A stretch of DNA of 64,000 nt from positions 124,001 to 188,000 of the forward strand of contig NMRA01000237.1 of assembly GCA_002633005.1 (NCBI GenBank). Direction: 5' to 3'. The notes under the pieces were generated by a model, which was given only the letters and a program-made list of their open reading frames with translations, was not told the origin of the DNA and did not search any database. Made by a program: the position numbers and the translations under genes. This DNA is from Phoronis australis (taxonomy: Eukaryota > Animalia > Phoronida). This document shows, in pieces, positions 24,055 to 36,005 of the stretch (the stretch's first letter is position 1; each line of letters opens with the position of its first letter).

Positions 24055-24670
24055 GTGACTATTAACATGTTTTGTCTACTTTTGAAATTGCTTAACTGAG
24101 ATTAGTTGGAGGTTATTGAAATGTCAGCATGCCACTGTAAATTAAATGTGCATTGCAACATGTGTCCTCTTCCTTCTATTTCTTCATTTTTCAAAGTAAG
24201 GCCTTTGTCAGTCTTACGTTTTATAACAGAGCTACCATTGGGCATTGTTTTGAGATACTTTGGTTATTCACAATGTTACTATAGAAGTCTTTGAAAAATG
24301 AAAAACAACCAATTTAGGCAAAAGTTTGCCTTGAAATTGGTGAGATTTTACATTATTTTGCGTTAAATAAAAGAAAAGCTTATTTACCTCCCAGTGAATA
24401 GGAGTCTTACAAAGTGGCCTGACGGACTTCAAAAAGATGCATAACGCATTAGATTGTAGAAGCAACAGAATGTGGTGGCTTTGCTTGGAAAAGGTGTCCG
24501 GTAAAGTTCTGCCACTGCTTGTAAAATGCATGCACACAGATACAACATTTACTGTATGTACGAAAAAAGTGCAACTTAACTACAGTCTTTTTGGTTAAAA
24601 CTACGAGAGACCAATAGAAACAACCCAAAAACTGAAAGGGAGACTGCAAAACATTATTTTTTACTTTCAG

Positions 24671-24907
24671 GACTTTAAGGTGTCAACATTTGAACAGCAG
24701 CTAATGGGACGCGCTGATTTCCGCGAAGGGATTACAAAACTACACAGTGAAACTGAGTCAGAATACGAGTCAGAGCCTATAGCCACGGGCGTGCCATTAC
24801 ATGAAGCTCGTGCTCCACAGATCAGTCAACCAATCAAAGACTTTAAACTGATTGAAGGCTCTGATGCCACATTTGTTTGCAGAGTTGTTGGCCATCCCAA
24901 GCCAAAG
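24671..24907 (+). CDS. TTN: Titin-like exon: DFKVSTFEQQLM linker and Z5-like Ig start (KLIEGSDATF)
   Basis: ttcag|GAC...AAG|gtatag; phase 0-0. Confidence 0.92.
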
Positions 24908-25176
24908 GTATAGCGATGTATTCCACATTACATATAGCTTATTATTATGAGTTGTAAATGTTTTAGTATCGCCATATAAACATATGTTATCGAGCATGTT
25001 CATAAATCATTTTCATCCGTGCCCCCCCCCTCCTATGTTATCAGTTTCATGAGCTGACCCTAATTGGAAAAGACAGCGCTCTGGAATGAGGAATAATGTC
25101 CCGAACTATTATGCCCTACCGAACAGCTATGCTGGCCTTGTCAATAGTGTATTATGTTGATGACGCCTTCCTTCAG

Positions 25177-25424
25177 ATTCAATGGTTCAAAGAAGGCAAG
25201 TACATCAGGCCATCACACCGCTACACAATCAAATACAGCAAAGATGGCTACTGTACTCTGAAGATACGAATGGCCTGTCCTGAGGATCACGGTCATTATA
25301 CTGTGCTGGCCGTAAACGTGGCTGGGAGAGATACATGTTCAGCTGAACTTTATGTTGAGAAGGTCGGCAATGTGGACGACATGTCGTTTGTCAGTCCCGA
25401 GACACTGAATTATTTGCAAAGACG
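25177..25424 (+). CDS. TTN: Titin-like exon: Z5-like Ig end
   Basis: ttcag|ATT...GACG|gtaagc; phase 0-2. Confidence 0.92.
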
Positions 25425-25941
25425 GTAAGCTTAACAAGATTTAGCTTATAATGTCATTTTTGTTTCCTCTGATATTAAAATGTCTTGGAACAAGTCTGTA
25501 CCATTCTACTGACAACCTTCGTATTAGTTTTGCCTCATGGAGCAATGAGCGGTTGTGAATTTGGCATGGTTAAATTTGGTCTTCAGGAACAATAATTTAT
25601 CAATTCATTATGAATCGGGTACATATGGATACAGTAATTTTTCACTTATTTAGCATGCAATATGGCCGACAAGTGAAATTCTATTTTGTTTAAATTCTCC
25701 TCAAAAATTAGGATTAAGAAATGTTTAGTCTATTACTAGTATGGTTTATACTGTGTTGATTTCGGAAAACAACATTTGTTAAAGTTTCCGTTGTTTCCAG
25801 CAAGGTTTTGAGCCTTTGAAAAAAGGAAAATTACAATTTTGCACTAAAAAAATATTTTTGTGCAAAATAAGTGGAGTTGTCTTATTGAAAAATTAGTGTT
25901 TTTGCATTAGGGCTTCATTAACGCACTGCATTTCATTCCAG

Positions 25942-26149
25942 AGAGTCTGAGAAAAACCTCAAGCTGAGGAAGGGAGAGTCGGGCATCGTGGAACAAGTCG
26001 TCAGGCCCAAGTTCAAGAAGGTGCCAACCGACCAGGAGGCACGCGAGGGGTGCATGGTCCGGTTTGACTGTGTAGTCGGTGGACGACCTCCGCCGGACCT
26101 CTTCTGGTTCAGGAACGAGATTGAGGTTCATGATGATCGCCTGCACAAG
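25942..26149 (+). CDS. TTN: Titin-like exon: Z6-like Ig first half (VRFDCVVGGRPPPDLFWF...HDDRLHK)
   Basis: ccag|A GAG...AAG|gttagt; phase 2-0. Confidence 0.92.
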
Positions 26150-26823
26150 GTTAGTACCTTGGATTGGAGTAGTGGGATGTTTGTTGATAAGGGGACAAAT
26201 GAGCAATGAGCTACCTTCAGTTCACTTTATAAGTTACATCTTATTTCATTACATAGTACAAGCGAAATTAGTACTCAATTGAAATAGTCTGCGCACTGAT
26301 TGTATGACCCAGCATAGATGTAATCTTTCCAAATCTTTGAACGAGGGAATGGAATTTACCAGTCTTGACTGGTACACTTTAATGGTTTGGCACAATTAGT
26401 CAGTTTGCCAAGAACACAATAAGGTCAAGACTAGCTCCTCATGGGATTTTCTGAAGTGTGAATGAATTGGGAAATATTGGTTGACTTAAAAAGGGAAAGA
26501 ATTACCTAGTGTATGTGTGTGAAGAAATTACTATGCATGCCATGTACATTGTTTGGTATTTTGATGAATAGTGTGGTTATATTATTTTACAGTACTTGTT
26601 CTTGATGACCAATTTCTTAACTCAAAGAATCTCAATGCTAGCTCCCACAAAAATCTTAAGTTCAGTCTTTATTAATTTTTGTACTTTAGCTGAAGTGTTT
26701 TTGTGTCTGATGTAAAGTGTATCAGATCACCTGCACTATTTTTCTCAATGTGGGTTTGGATATCGTATTGGCATATAAGTGAAACAAACCTTTTCAATAA
26801 TGAACCGTTTCTTGCCTGTTCAG

Positions 26824-26956
26824 ATTGTCATCAATGAAGGGGGTATCAACTCACTGATCATACAAGCTGTCGCCCCGGAAGACACTGGGACGTACACATG
26901 CGTGGCACGTAACAAGAGTGGTGAAGACCGTTGCACCGCCAAACTCAACGTTATTG
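26824..26956 (+). CDS. TTN: Titin-like exon: Z6-like Ig second half
   Basis: tcag|ATT...ATTG|gtaagt; phase 0-1. Confidence 0.93.
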
Positions 26957-27315
26957 GTAAGTGCTGGGTTGTATTCTGTGTTGAAGCATTTACGTAAATT
27001 AATAGGTAAATTAGTCTTTGTGACTCTGTGATGCGACTTGGTTGACTTGATATTGTTTGTTTGTTTTGTTATTTTCTGTACAATGCTGATATAATTACAA
27101 ATGGTATATTCATAGCACTGCCGTGGTTCAAGTTGTCATTGTAATCAAAACATGTTAAATCACTTTCGGTAATTGAATAATTTTTTTGTTTGGTCGTTGG
27201 GCCACAATTGGATCATTGGGTCTCATTCTCGTTTTTGGACTGCATCTTGGTCGTTGGTATCACTTTTAGTTAAACCATATTTTGTTAGCTGGACTTAATG
27301 ATAATTTATTCACAG

Positions 27316-27478
27316 AGCGGGCAAATCAACAGCCGCCGCGATTTGTCGAGCGTCCTCAAGGTATCCAGGTGACAGAAGGCGAACCTTTCAGTCTCACCTG
27401 CCGCGCAATTGGTATACCCGTGCCTATGATGAGCTGGCAGAAAGAAGGAAAAATGGTGGTCGCTGGCACTGACTACAG
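27316..27478 (+). CDS. TTN: Titin-like exon: Z7-like Ig first half
   Basis: acag|AG...TACAG|gtaggg; phase 1-2. Confidence 0.92.
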
Positions 27479-27765
27479 GTAGGGTGAGCTTGTATTTATA
27501 TAGGGGACTCACATGGCACTGACTACAGGTAGGGTGAGCTTGTTCTTATATAGGAGACTCACATGTCACTGACTACAGGTAGGGTGAGCTTGTTCTTATA
27601 TAGGTGACTCACATGGCACTGACTACAGGTAGGGTGAGCTTGTTCTTATATAGGAGACTCACATGTCACTGACTACAGGTAGGGTGAGCTTGTTCTTATA
27701 TAGGTGACTCACATGGCACTGACTACAGGTAGGGTGAGCTTGTTTTTATATAGGGTACTCACATG
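27464..27765 (+). repeat. 50-bp minisatellite x6 copying the exon end and the 5' splice site
   Basis: GACTACAG|GTAGGGTGAG at 27471, 27521, 27571, 27621, 27671 and 27721; middle copies alternate as a 100-bp dimer. Confidence 0.95.
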
Positions 27766-27939
27766 CATTATCAGGCCTCTGAATTCTTGTTCTATTTAGA
27801 TTTAAAGTTATGGAGGACCTTATCGATGTGTCTTTGTGTTTAGCCAAAAACCTTAAAAACTATAGATTTTAATTCATTAAAAGTACATGTTTTTCTGAAA
27901 GTGGAAAATGTGTAGAATTTGATGTTTGACTTTTTAGCA

Positions 27940-28245
27940 ATATGTCATTCAGTAGGTCATGTAACCATGTGTTTTTTGGTAAAATTAAGCATAAAAGAAG
28001 GGTACATTCATGGCAAAACAACGGTATCAATAACAATTGACCAAATTTCATTTGATATTAATGTTCAAGATGAAATCAAAAAATTCCTATTGTAAAAGTG
28101 GGGCATTTCAAAAACAATTAACAACTTATTGAACAGTGCATATAAAGCATCGTATTTGAAAGTTTCATACGATTCAAATCTGGTTAGCCATTTCTGGCTG
28201 CGAATTTTCTGTTAGTCAAATTCGGGCATTTTTCTAGGACCCTAC
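27940..28245. mobile_element. Diverged interspersed repeat fragment, copy 2 (related to 11600-11955)
   Basis: Same ordered motif blocks as copy 1. Confidence 0.55.
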
Positions 28246-28391
28246 TTAGGACTTATTCCTGCTTTCTGGAGTTTCAAAGTTAAACAATATTGTTGTGACT
28301 TCAGTGTCGGATGAATTCATGATGCTTTTTTCACATTCATAATTTTTTCGTATTCTTTTTGCACTTAGCAATTTGTTTTTAAATTTCCAAG

Positions 28392-28522
28392 GATTGACAT
28401 TGATGGTGGCCTGACTACAATTCACGTGGACAGAGCTCGTCCTACAGACTCTGCGTGGTATCAGTGCTCAGCTGTAAATGTTGCTGGAACGGCATCCACT
28501 AGGGCAAAGGTCATAGTTCAAG
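28392..28522 (+). CDS. TTN: Titin-like exon: Z7-like Ig second half (DSAWYQCSAVNVAG)
   Basis: ccaag|G ATT...CAAG|gtagga; phase 2-1; not in the ORF track. Confidence 0.9.
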
Positions 28523-29026
28523 GTAGGAGAATCCTGTGGTCAAGCGCATAGTTTGTTTATTAGAATCAAGAGGTTAACTGTGTTATATAAAGTACTAAGA
28601 TTATGTTTTCAGTGTAAGGTGTTTGCAATGTTTGTATTTGAATTGTATCATCAACTGTCTTCATTATGCTATGGGTGGAGTGTATACATTGCAAGACAAA
28701 AAAGTTATCAGACAAAATATTGTTTTCCCATCATGACGGCTGTTAAGAGCACCCATAAGGGGTACTAACCATAAAGGGTACTAACCATAAAGGAAGGACA
28801 ACTCGAATAATTATAGAGTGGCTTAGTCACCCTACTAACTTTACTGTTAATTCTTCATGCTCGGTCATGAGGGAAGGTTACTATGGTGATAAACTTGGCT
28901 TCTGCCCAGCTGTCACAACTGGGAATTCTAGGTTATTTTTTGTCTTAATAGTTTTTCCTTGCACTGTAAATGTCACGGCAACTTTGACTTAACTGTAGTC
29001 ATTTCAATGCCCACTATGCTTTACAG

Positions 29027-29084
29027 CATTGCCCAAAGCCCCAGAGCCCGAGCGTAAACTGCAGATACCAAAGAAAGTCAGTCA
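29027..29084 (+). CDS. TTN: Titin-like short exon ALPKAPEPERKLQIPKKVS
   Basis: ttacag|CA...GTCA|gtaagt; phase 1-2; resembles the EPEPERKLIIP motif after vertebrate titin Z7 (recalled). Confidence 0.82.
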
Positions 29085-29487
29085 GTAAGTAAAGTATTTC
29101 AATATGAACACAATATTTCGGTCTTTCCCCAGTCTATACCTTTTCGTCAATCTGCTGCTGCTAGATTTTTTCTAGTCAAAATTGATTATTTGTCTTGCAC
29201 CTGAATCTGCTTGAGCTAACTTCGAAATCACTAGATGACAATTGTGGTTCGACTTCTGTCCAATACAGCTTATGCAATATTCTGTTTTTCACCAGTGGTG
29301 AGACTCTATGCTTTTCATTTCTTTTCTGGTGTTCTGTGAGAAGAGTAGTCAATACATCAACTGTTTGCTTTATTTCTGCCATTTTCAGACTTGTTGCATT
29401 GATTAAATCATTCCGTCTTATTCTTCCAATGTCTGTGTGCTGTGCTTTTGTTCAACAATCCTGTATTTCGTTACAACCCGTTAACAG

Positions 29488-29589
29488 AGTGCGTCGTCGC
29501 TCATACGAAGAATATCTTCTACAACAAATCGGTTACGCCACCGAGCAAGCCAGTGGAATCCTTCGAGTTATTTCCCCTGAGGAGGCCAG
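29488..29589 (+). CDS. TTN: Phase 2-2 cassette exon a (VRRRSYEEYLLQQIGYATEQASGILRVISPEEA)
   Basis: aacag|A...GCCAG|gttgtg; 102 nt, open in frame. Confidence 0.65.
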
Positions 29590-30056
29590 GTTGTGTTTTC
29601 GTCTGCTTTTATAGCATGCAAGGCCTGAAACTTTCTCCTGCCCTTTATTGTTATTCTGATACTTTGTAATAAAATATCACCCTCTTTTGTATGACACTTC
29701 AAAAATTTATTTCCTAATATCAGATCTTGAGTTTTTCTGCTCTGTATTTAGAGACGTTCTAATATAAGCCACGTTTTTGTAATAATTGTTATAATTGTTT
29801 TTGATACTGTTTAACAAATAAATTGCAACGGTTATGTTAAGTACTAATTTTTAATATCTACTTTTCTAGACAGCTAGCCACTGTATTTGAAATGTGCTTA
29901 TGAAATTTGGTTTTTGGTAATAGTCTCAGTGGTGTTTGCAGTCAACTATTCGGACCAATGTACAGTGTTAGTCCTGAGTGCCTCAGCCTTCGTCTACATC
30001 ATATAGAAAGGTTCTGATTTTGTTGACGTGATTTCCTCTTGTGTTTCCCAACGCAG

Positions 30057-30365
30057 GCTCTATCTCTCCAGCATGGCCTACCCCAGTGAAACACCTAGCA
30101 AAGTCAGAAAGATGGTGCCATCGGAGGCACCATTACCATCTGACGAGCTGGATGCCGGCCGGGCGCCTGCACCTCCTGACACTGTGCAGCAAATTGTGGC
30201 ACCGCCCACTGCCGCTTCTCCACAGAGGGCAGCCTGGGCCAAAGAGCCACCGGCAGTTGAATTGAAACCCGGCAAACCCGAAACTCAGCGAACAGAAATG
30301 CAAGTTAGCCCTGCCCCTCACGCTTTCGAACCTGTTGAGTTGAAATTCCGTGTTGGCAAGACAAG
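30057..30365 (+). CDS. TTN: Phase 2-2 cassette exon b (Pro/Ala/Glu-rich)
   Basis: cgcag|G...ACAAG|gtttgt; 309 nt, open in frame. Confidence 0.8.
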
Positions 30366-30952
30366 GTTTGTCACCCCTCTGTCTGCATGCTGTCCGAGAA
30401 CATTATCTTACTGTTTCCCTTTTGGATTTACATTTGCTCATTTTGGGATACTCTTGCTTTCTTCATATTCTGTGCATGTTTTGTTTTCGGTTTTCCACTC
30501 TGATCGCATTTTTTTGGCTTTGTTCTATTTCAGCATGATACAAAGCTCGTATTGACTTCACCATTTCATCACAAACTCTTATATGGCAATGTGTTACCTG
30601 AATCTTCTACTCCCTCATTTACTGTCACCTGCGTTTCCATTTTTTTCTTGTGTAAACGTCTTTCGAATATGTTCCTCTGACTTTTTTAGCTAGTTCTAGT
30701 TACAATATTCCTGCTCGATTGGCTCTCCTTAATTTGTAAAAAAAATATGACTTGAGTATCTCGTTATATTGTAGTTTCTCATTCCTTTCATTAAAACCAG
30801 ATTATTTTCTTCTCAAAGATTCTACACACCAATGCACTTTACGTTTAACTTTGTTCAATATTAAAGAGTTTTGCTTCACAGTCATTGCCTTCACTGCGTC
30901 ACTGTCAAGAGTATAGCATAACGCATGCTGCAATTTTCACCGCTTTATCTAG

Positions 30953-31243
30953 ACCACCATCGGAACCTGTACCTAGCGACAAGGAGGAGCCGGTCTACCT
31001 CCAGTCTAAGAAAGTACCACCACCAGTTGCGCCTAAGCCGGTCAGGTCACCCGTGGGGCGTGTTGATGAGTCATTGGTCTTGTCACCTCAAGCACCATTA
31101 ACTGCACACGAACCTGCCGAGATTAAACCTAAGCCGCTCTCATCGGCAGCACCTGAGGTTTCTACCCCTGCAGCTCCTCCGACGACAGTCACTTCACAGT
31201 ATGGCATGGCTAAAAGGAAATTGTTTGAAACACCCGATGACAG
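30953..31243 (+). CDS. TTN: Phase 2-2 cassette exon c (PEVK-like, KKVPPPVAPKP)
   Basis: tctag|A...GACAG|gtgtgt; 291 nt, open in frame. Confidence 0.8.
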
Positions 31244-31556
31244 GTGTGTTGAGAAAGAAAATTGTGATTTCCTTCTAGAGAAGACTTCATTAATTCACCA
31301 TCTTGTTGCTTTTCGTCATGTTCGTTTGCTGCACAGAAGTTACTTTTATGCTTTGGGCACCATCGGCTACTGGTTCATTTCACTTCATTGCCTGAGCGTG
31401 ATGTTTCTTGCAGTTCACATGGTTTTTCATTCATTATCTTGGAGATTGTTTGTATTTTGCTGAGTGGGTTTTCCTCCAACTTTAGTATGTTTATCATACA
31501 TCAATGAAGCTTATTAATACCAGCTTCAATGCTTACCCTTGTTTCTTCTTGAACAG

Positions 31557-31643
31557 TTTCCGAACTTCTTGGATTTTCAGTTTCGCTGATCGCATGGATG
31601 TTGACATTGGAGCTGCTCCACCAGCGTCTGTTAAAGATTTCAG
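31557..31643 (+). CDS. TTN: Phase 2-2 cassette exon d (alternative in-frame start at 31581)
   Basis: aacag|T (87 nt) or tttcag|T (63 nt)...TTCAG|gtttct. Confidence 0.6.
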
Positions 31644-31861
31644 GTTTCTATCTCTTTGATTCTTAAATTGATTCTATGCTCTTCACAACTGGACGTTTTA
31701 CTATCTCAGAACTTGCACATTTTCTCTGCCGTGCAATTTGTTCAATAAACTTCTTTCTTACTCTAACATCTCTTGACAAACACTACTATTTTGTCGTCGC
31801 TAATTTTCTACTTTCTGTCCTCTTTTCCAATTCTGTTGATTTGAACAATTTTTTTCTTTAG

Positions 31862-31960
31862 ACACGTTTCACCACCTAAAGCTCCTGCTCAAAAGCCCAA
31901 AGCAGAAGACATCCCAAAACCAGACTGGGAGAAATGGGAAAAAGAGTTGCCAACAGAAAG
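31862..31960 (+). CDS. TTN: Phase 2-2 cassette exon e (HVSPPKAPAQKPKAEDIPKPDWEKWEKELPTE)
   Basis: Long U-rich tract, ttag|A...GAAAG|gttgtc; 99 nt. Confidence 0.75.
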
Positions 31961-32727
31961 GTTGTCTTTCAGGTCTTCCTGCTTGCTTTTGTCTGTAGAA
32001 TATATGAAATGCTTAGTAAATCAGGAATTGCATTCTATTTGCATGAACTAATTGTCTTAGTCTTAATGACTAGTTTTCTTAAATGAATTATTGGTGCTAG
32101 ACAACTGCTGTGTTGTGAATAGTATGGAAGGTACAGTTTTTATCATAGGGCTTTTCTTTAGGGAAGCCAGTCCTGGCTCTGTGTAGGCTATGTGCTTTGG
32201 TTGAACGCTGCTTGAGTTCTCTTGTAATAAAATTTTAGTGTGTCTCATACTGAGTGTACAATCACAATTCCCCAAAAATTTTATTCAAGCATAAACAATG
32301 CAAGTTAGAAATGATTTTCCTCACCACAAAGAGCTCCGTGCTGGACAGAGTGCAATCTGGGGATATTTTGAATTAAGACAACCTTCGTTCCTGAAACACA
32401 TTCATAACTCGGCATAACTGTCCTAGTTATGCCCATTGGTGGTTCACACTCAACATGAGTCATTACTTCTTTCCATACCTTTCTAAAAGTATCATCTGCA
32501 GCTGATGTATTCAATAGGACCGTGTCAGTGGTGTTTTGTCTTCTCTCTTTGGTGTTCTTTAGTTTCTTTAATGTGTCTTTCTCTATGTAGAACAAGTTCC
32601 ATTCTGTCTACTTCATCTTTCCCAGTAAACAATCTGATAGTAATCTTTCCTATTCTTCAGTCGTAAACTATGTATGCTTGCTGCTTGTTTGCTAACCTCA
32701 GCACTTCTTTGTCTTCTCTTGCAAAAG

Positions 32728-32784
32728 GACTACTGCACCCTGGAGAAAGTCGACATTAACTAAGGATGTCGCGTCTCAACCAAG
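32728..32784 (+). CDS. TTN: Phase 2-2 cassette exon f (TTAPWRKSTLTKDVASQP)
   Basis: GCTAAC branch point and pyrimidine tract, aaag|G...CCAAG|gtactt; 57 nt. Confidence 0.65.
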
Positions 32785-33381
32785 GTACTTGTTTCTATTC
32801 TGCATGCTCTTGTGTCTTTAGCTGTCGCTTCTCATTATGTCGTTATCAAATTACAATAAAATACTGAGCTATTTCATTGTTCCTGACATTCATGAGTGAT
32901 GGGTAAGTTTATGTAGGACCCTAGAACATGAAATTTGGCACATGAATTATGATTACTGCTTCTGAAGTCAACAGAAAATTAACGATTGGTCAATTGATGA
33001 GGTAACTGACAGCATAGTTAGTTAATGATGAACAATTTTTATCTTCTGATATTTTTCTCTACGGGTTTTAAAATTATTATTGTGGAAGTGAACATTTTTA
33101 AGGTTACTTTTTGATCTCAGAAAATGTTCAAATTTGGCTAAATCATTCTCCATAGGTCGCTTTTTTGACAGCTACTTATACATTCAAATGGTTTTGGGAT
33201 TAAAGAGCTGAACAATGAAACGAAGAATCCTGTTTGGTCGCCAACAGCGGCCATATTGTTTGCAGGAGAGAAGTTGCTAATGAAGCATTATATACAAGGC
33301 TGAACTGGGTCCGATTTTTTTGTCATTTGATGTTGAAGTTTTCATTCTGTTGTTGATGGCAAGCACACATTTCTCTTCAAG

Positions 33382-33498
33382 ACCAACTGAGTTTGGATGG
33401 ACTGCAGTGCCTGCTAAACAACCCACCACAGTCTCCATGGAGATCGCCCCGGTCGATAGATCAGAGATGCAAATGGACGTTGATGCCGAAACACCAAG
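33382..33498 (+). CDS. TTN: Phase 2-2 cassette exon g (PTEFGWTAVPAKQPTTVSMEIAP...)
   Basis: tcaag|A...CCAAG|gtggat; 117 nt. Confidence 0.68.
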
Positions 33499-34384
33499 GT
33501 GGATATTGTTGTGTCCAAGTGCTCCAGCTCAGATATATGTCTGCAGCCTTGTAGCTTTACGTCACCTGTATGATTGGTCCTACCAAGCCTTTCCCACTGC
33601 CTGTGTTTTGCTTTCGTCTACGATGTGTTGAGTTCTGTGTCAGATTTAGGTGTAGAATTCTGGAAGAGGTGTTTTGTTGGTCTTCAGTGACAAAACATCA
33701 AGTGTCCACATGTTGCGTGTCTTGTTTTATTTGCTTGAATGTAGTGCACTGAGCTAATGTCCTGTTCACATGGTGTCTTCTGTTGTGTTCGCATGGATCA
33801 CCTCTCGTTGTCCTACTTGGCTAGTTATCAACATTTTGTTGCCATTTCTCTACCATCTCTTCATGTGTTGACATGTTATTTCATTCAAAGTGCTTTTAGA
33901 ATGTCCTGTCTTAGAACTATGGTCACTTCTGTTATTGCATCGATTTTCAGGGTGTTGTGCATTAGACGTTTGAATGGTGTCTGTCATAGACCTGTTAAAA
34001 ATAATGAAAATTTCATGGCTCTGCAGCAACAAAGGCCTTTCACCTCACCTGCTGATCTGTAAGGCTATTTAGCAATTAGCAACTTCAGACATTTTATGCA
34101 ACCCACCCTTGCTGGTATTTTTGAGACCTGGTTCAATAGGAATTGATTGACAGGTTGTCAATACCTACATGCATTCTAATATGTACATGTCGATGGCTTC
34201 TTACCAAAGTGTATCTTTCCCCGTCACCGTTCACCGTGTGTTCTGTTGTCTCTTTGTGTCCTCTCATTGATTGTCAAATGAAGCAAACATGATTTTTGCC
34301 TGGTGTTTTAATTTCTGTTGTGTCTTATTGTCGTAGAGTGCATGATGTGTTACTTGTAACCAACTCTTTCTCTTTCTCTTGCAG

Positions 34385-34492
34385 TACCTTCCAACTGCTT
34401 CTGGTTCCAACTAAGGGACCCCCAGTTGTCCCTCAGAAACCTGTCACTCCCATCTCTACTATACCTTCACCGCTTGTTCCACACGGCAGAAG
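34385..34492 (+). CDS. TTN: Phase 2-2 cassette exon h (PTKGPPVVPQKPVTP...)
   Basis: Strong pyrimidine tract, tgcag|T...GAAG|gtctgt; 108 nt. Confidence 0.7.
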
Positions 34493-34955
34493 GTCTGTGT
34501 GTTTCTTGAATTAACAAATAAATTACACTATCTTCTTTAATCAATTTCTTTTTTCCTTTCATTCATCATTTCTTTTATGTCGACTGTTCGTCTGCATTTA
34601 TTAGATTGTTTTTCTGATGTGGTGTATAGTGTATGTTATATTGTGCGTCTAACTTTCCCTGACCAGTTGCAGCGCTTTATCAAAAGCCTTCCACAAATCA
34701 ACTAAACACTGCAATTGTTCTGCATAATCTGTGTAACATGCTTTGTGTTTGATGTTTGTTTTTTGAGCTGTAAATACTTGTAGTTTGTGGATTAAGCTTG
34801 CACCATGCTTTTTGAAGCTTCATGTTTCTGACGAGTTATGTTTTATCCTCTTTCAAAGATCTTTGAAATGATCTTTAATATTGTTTGTTTACTGAATTGT
34901 CTTGTTCATGTTTTGTTACTAACCTGTGTTTCTGAACTCTGCTATTCTTTCCCAG

Positions 34956-34991
34956 GCCTTCACTGACTCCTGGCCACATAACTTTCCGAAG
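34956..34991 (+). CDS. TTN: Phase 2-2 micro-exon i (PSLTPGHITFR)
   Basis: TACTAAC branch point at about 34917-34923, cccag|G...CGAAG|gtttgc; 36 nt. Confidence 0.62.
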
Positions 34992-35101
34992 GTTTGCGTC
35001 TTTTCATTTGCTTACCTGTGTTAACTTTTGTATTTGTCTTTTTGCTACCTGCTCTGTAACAAAATTGACACATTTTGGTGTGGTCTGTCTGAAATTCGAC
35101 C

Positions 35102-35348
35102 TCTGGTCTATTTCATGAAAGTAACTTAAGACTGAAGTCAGAAATTTGATCTTACACTCCTCACCTGATCAAATTTCAGAATCCCTGAGAAGTTTTACAT
35201 TACTGCGAGTTACTCAGAGATAATTTCTATAAATTTATTTCTCTGTTGTGATGCACTCATAATTACTTGCTAAACTTTTATTCACTAATTTAGAAGTGGG
35301 AGTGCAAGACTAATTTTCTGTCAGTCGTATTCATGAAACAGACCCCTG
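35102..35348. mobile_element. MITE copy 2 (related to 13478-13751)
   Basis: TTTCATGAAAGTAACTTAAGACTGAAGTCAGAAATTTG ... GAAGTGGGAGTGCAAGAC...TTCATGAAACAGACCCCTG. Confidence 0.65.
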
Positions 35349-35763
35349 ATGGTGTACTTTTGCCACTATTGTCTATGTTCTCCTAAGCTTAGTAGTCAAA
35401 CTTCAATCTACTGTGAAATTAAATTCACTTGATTGTAGTTAGCTGAATGAATTCTATGATTTACCACTGCTTAGATTTTGTAACTTGCGAATGACAAGTG
35501 TAACAGAATGTTGCACTTCATATCCTATTCTACTTGAACATGAAGTGACGCCTGCAAATTCAGCTGTTTTTTAAAGAAAGTAATCCCTGTAACCTTTGTG
35601 TTTTGCTGCTTGCTTGACATTGTTAACTTCTAACAACAGATACATCACTCTCCAGCTTCAAAATCAGTTAAGGTTGCATCCGTTTCCCATTGTGTTCTCC
35701 AATTTTTTATCAGCATTAATTTCAACATTGCTTGACAACTATGTCCTTGTAATCCATGTTCAG

Positions 35764-36005
35764 AGCCTCGGACACGGAACATGTGCCGCCTTCTAAAGAA
35801 GTGGTTACCAAAGTGGGTGAACTGGACGAGACGGACAAAGACATGTTCTCCAAGGGTCACCAGCGACCTCCCAAGTTCAAGACACCACTCAAGGACCTTC
35901 TGTTACGTGAGAGTGACGCAGCTCACTTTGAGGCAGTCCTTGTACCCATCAATGATCCTAACATGAAGATTGAGTGGTACTGGAATGACCAGCTACTCAA
36001 GACTG
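35764..36005 (+). CDS. TTN: Titin-like exon: kettin-type (Z8-like) Ig first half (AHFEAVLVPINDPNMKIEWY)
   Basis: ttcag|A...ACTG|gtgagc; phase 2-1. Confidence 0.93.

Noticed and set aside
27464-27765. CRISPR-like regular repeats (also 7296-7570, 44363-44477, 45232-45377)
   Set aside because: Head-to-tail units without unique spacers, in a spliced eukaryotic gene with no cas genes
33951-34058. Possible tenth phase 2-2 cassette (tttcag|...CT|gtaagg, 108 nt, open)
   Set aside because: Composition is unlike its neighbours and it lacks their AG|GT end; it may be chance and needs RNA-seq
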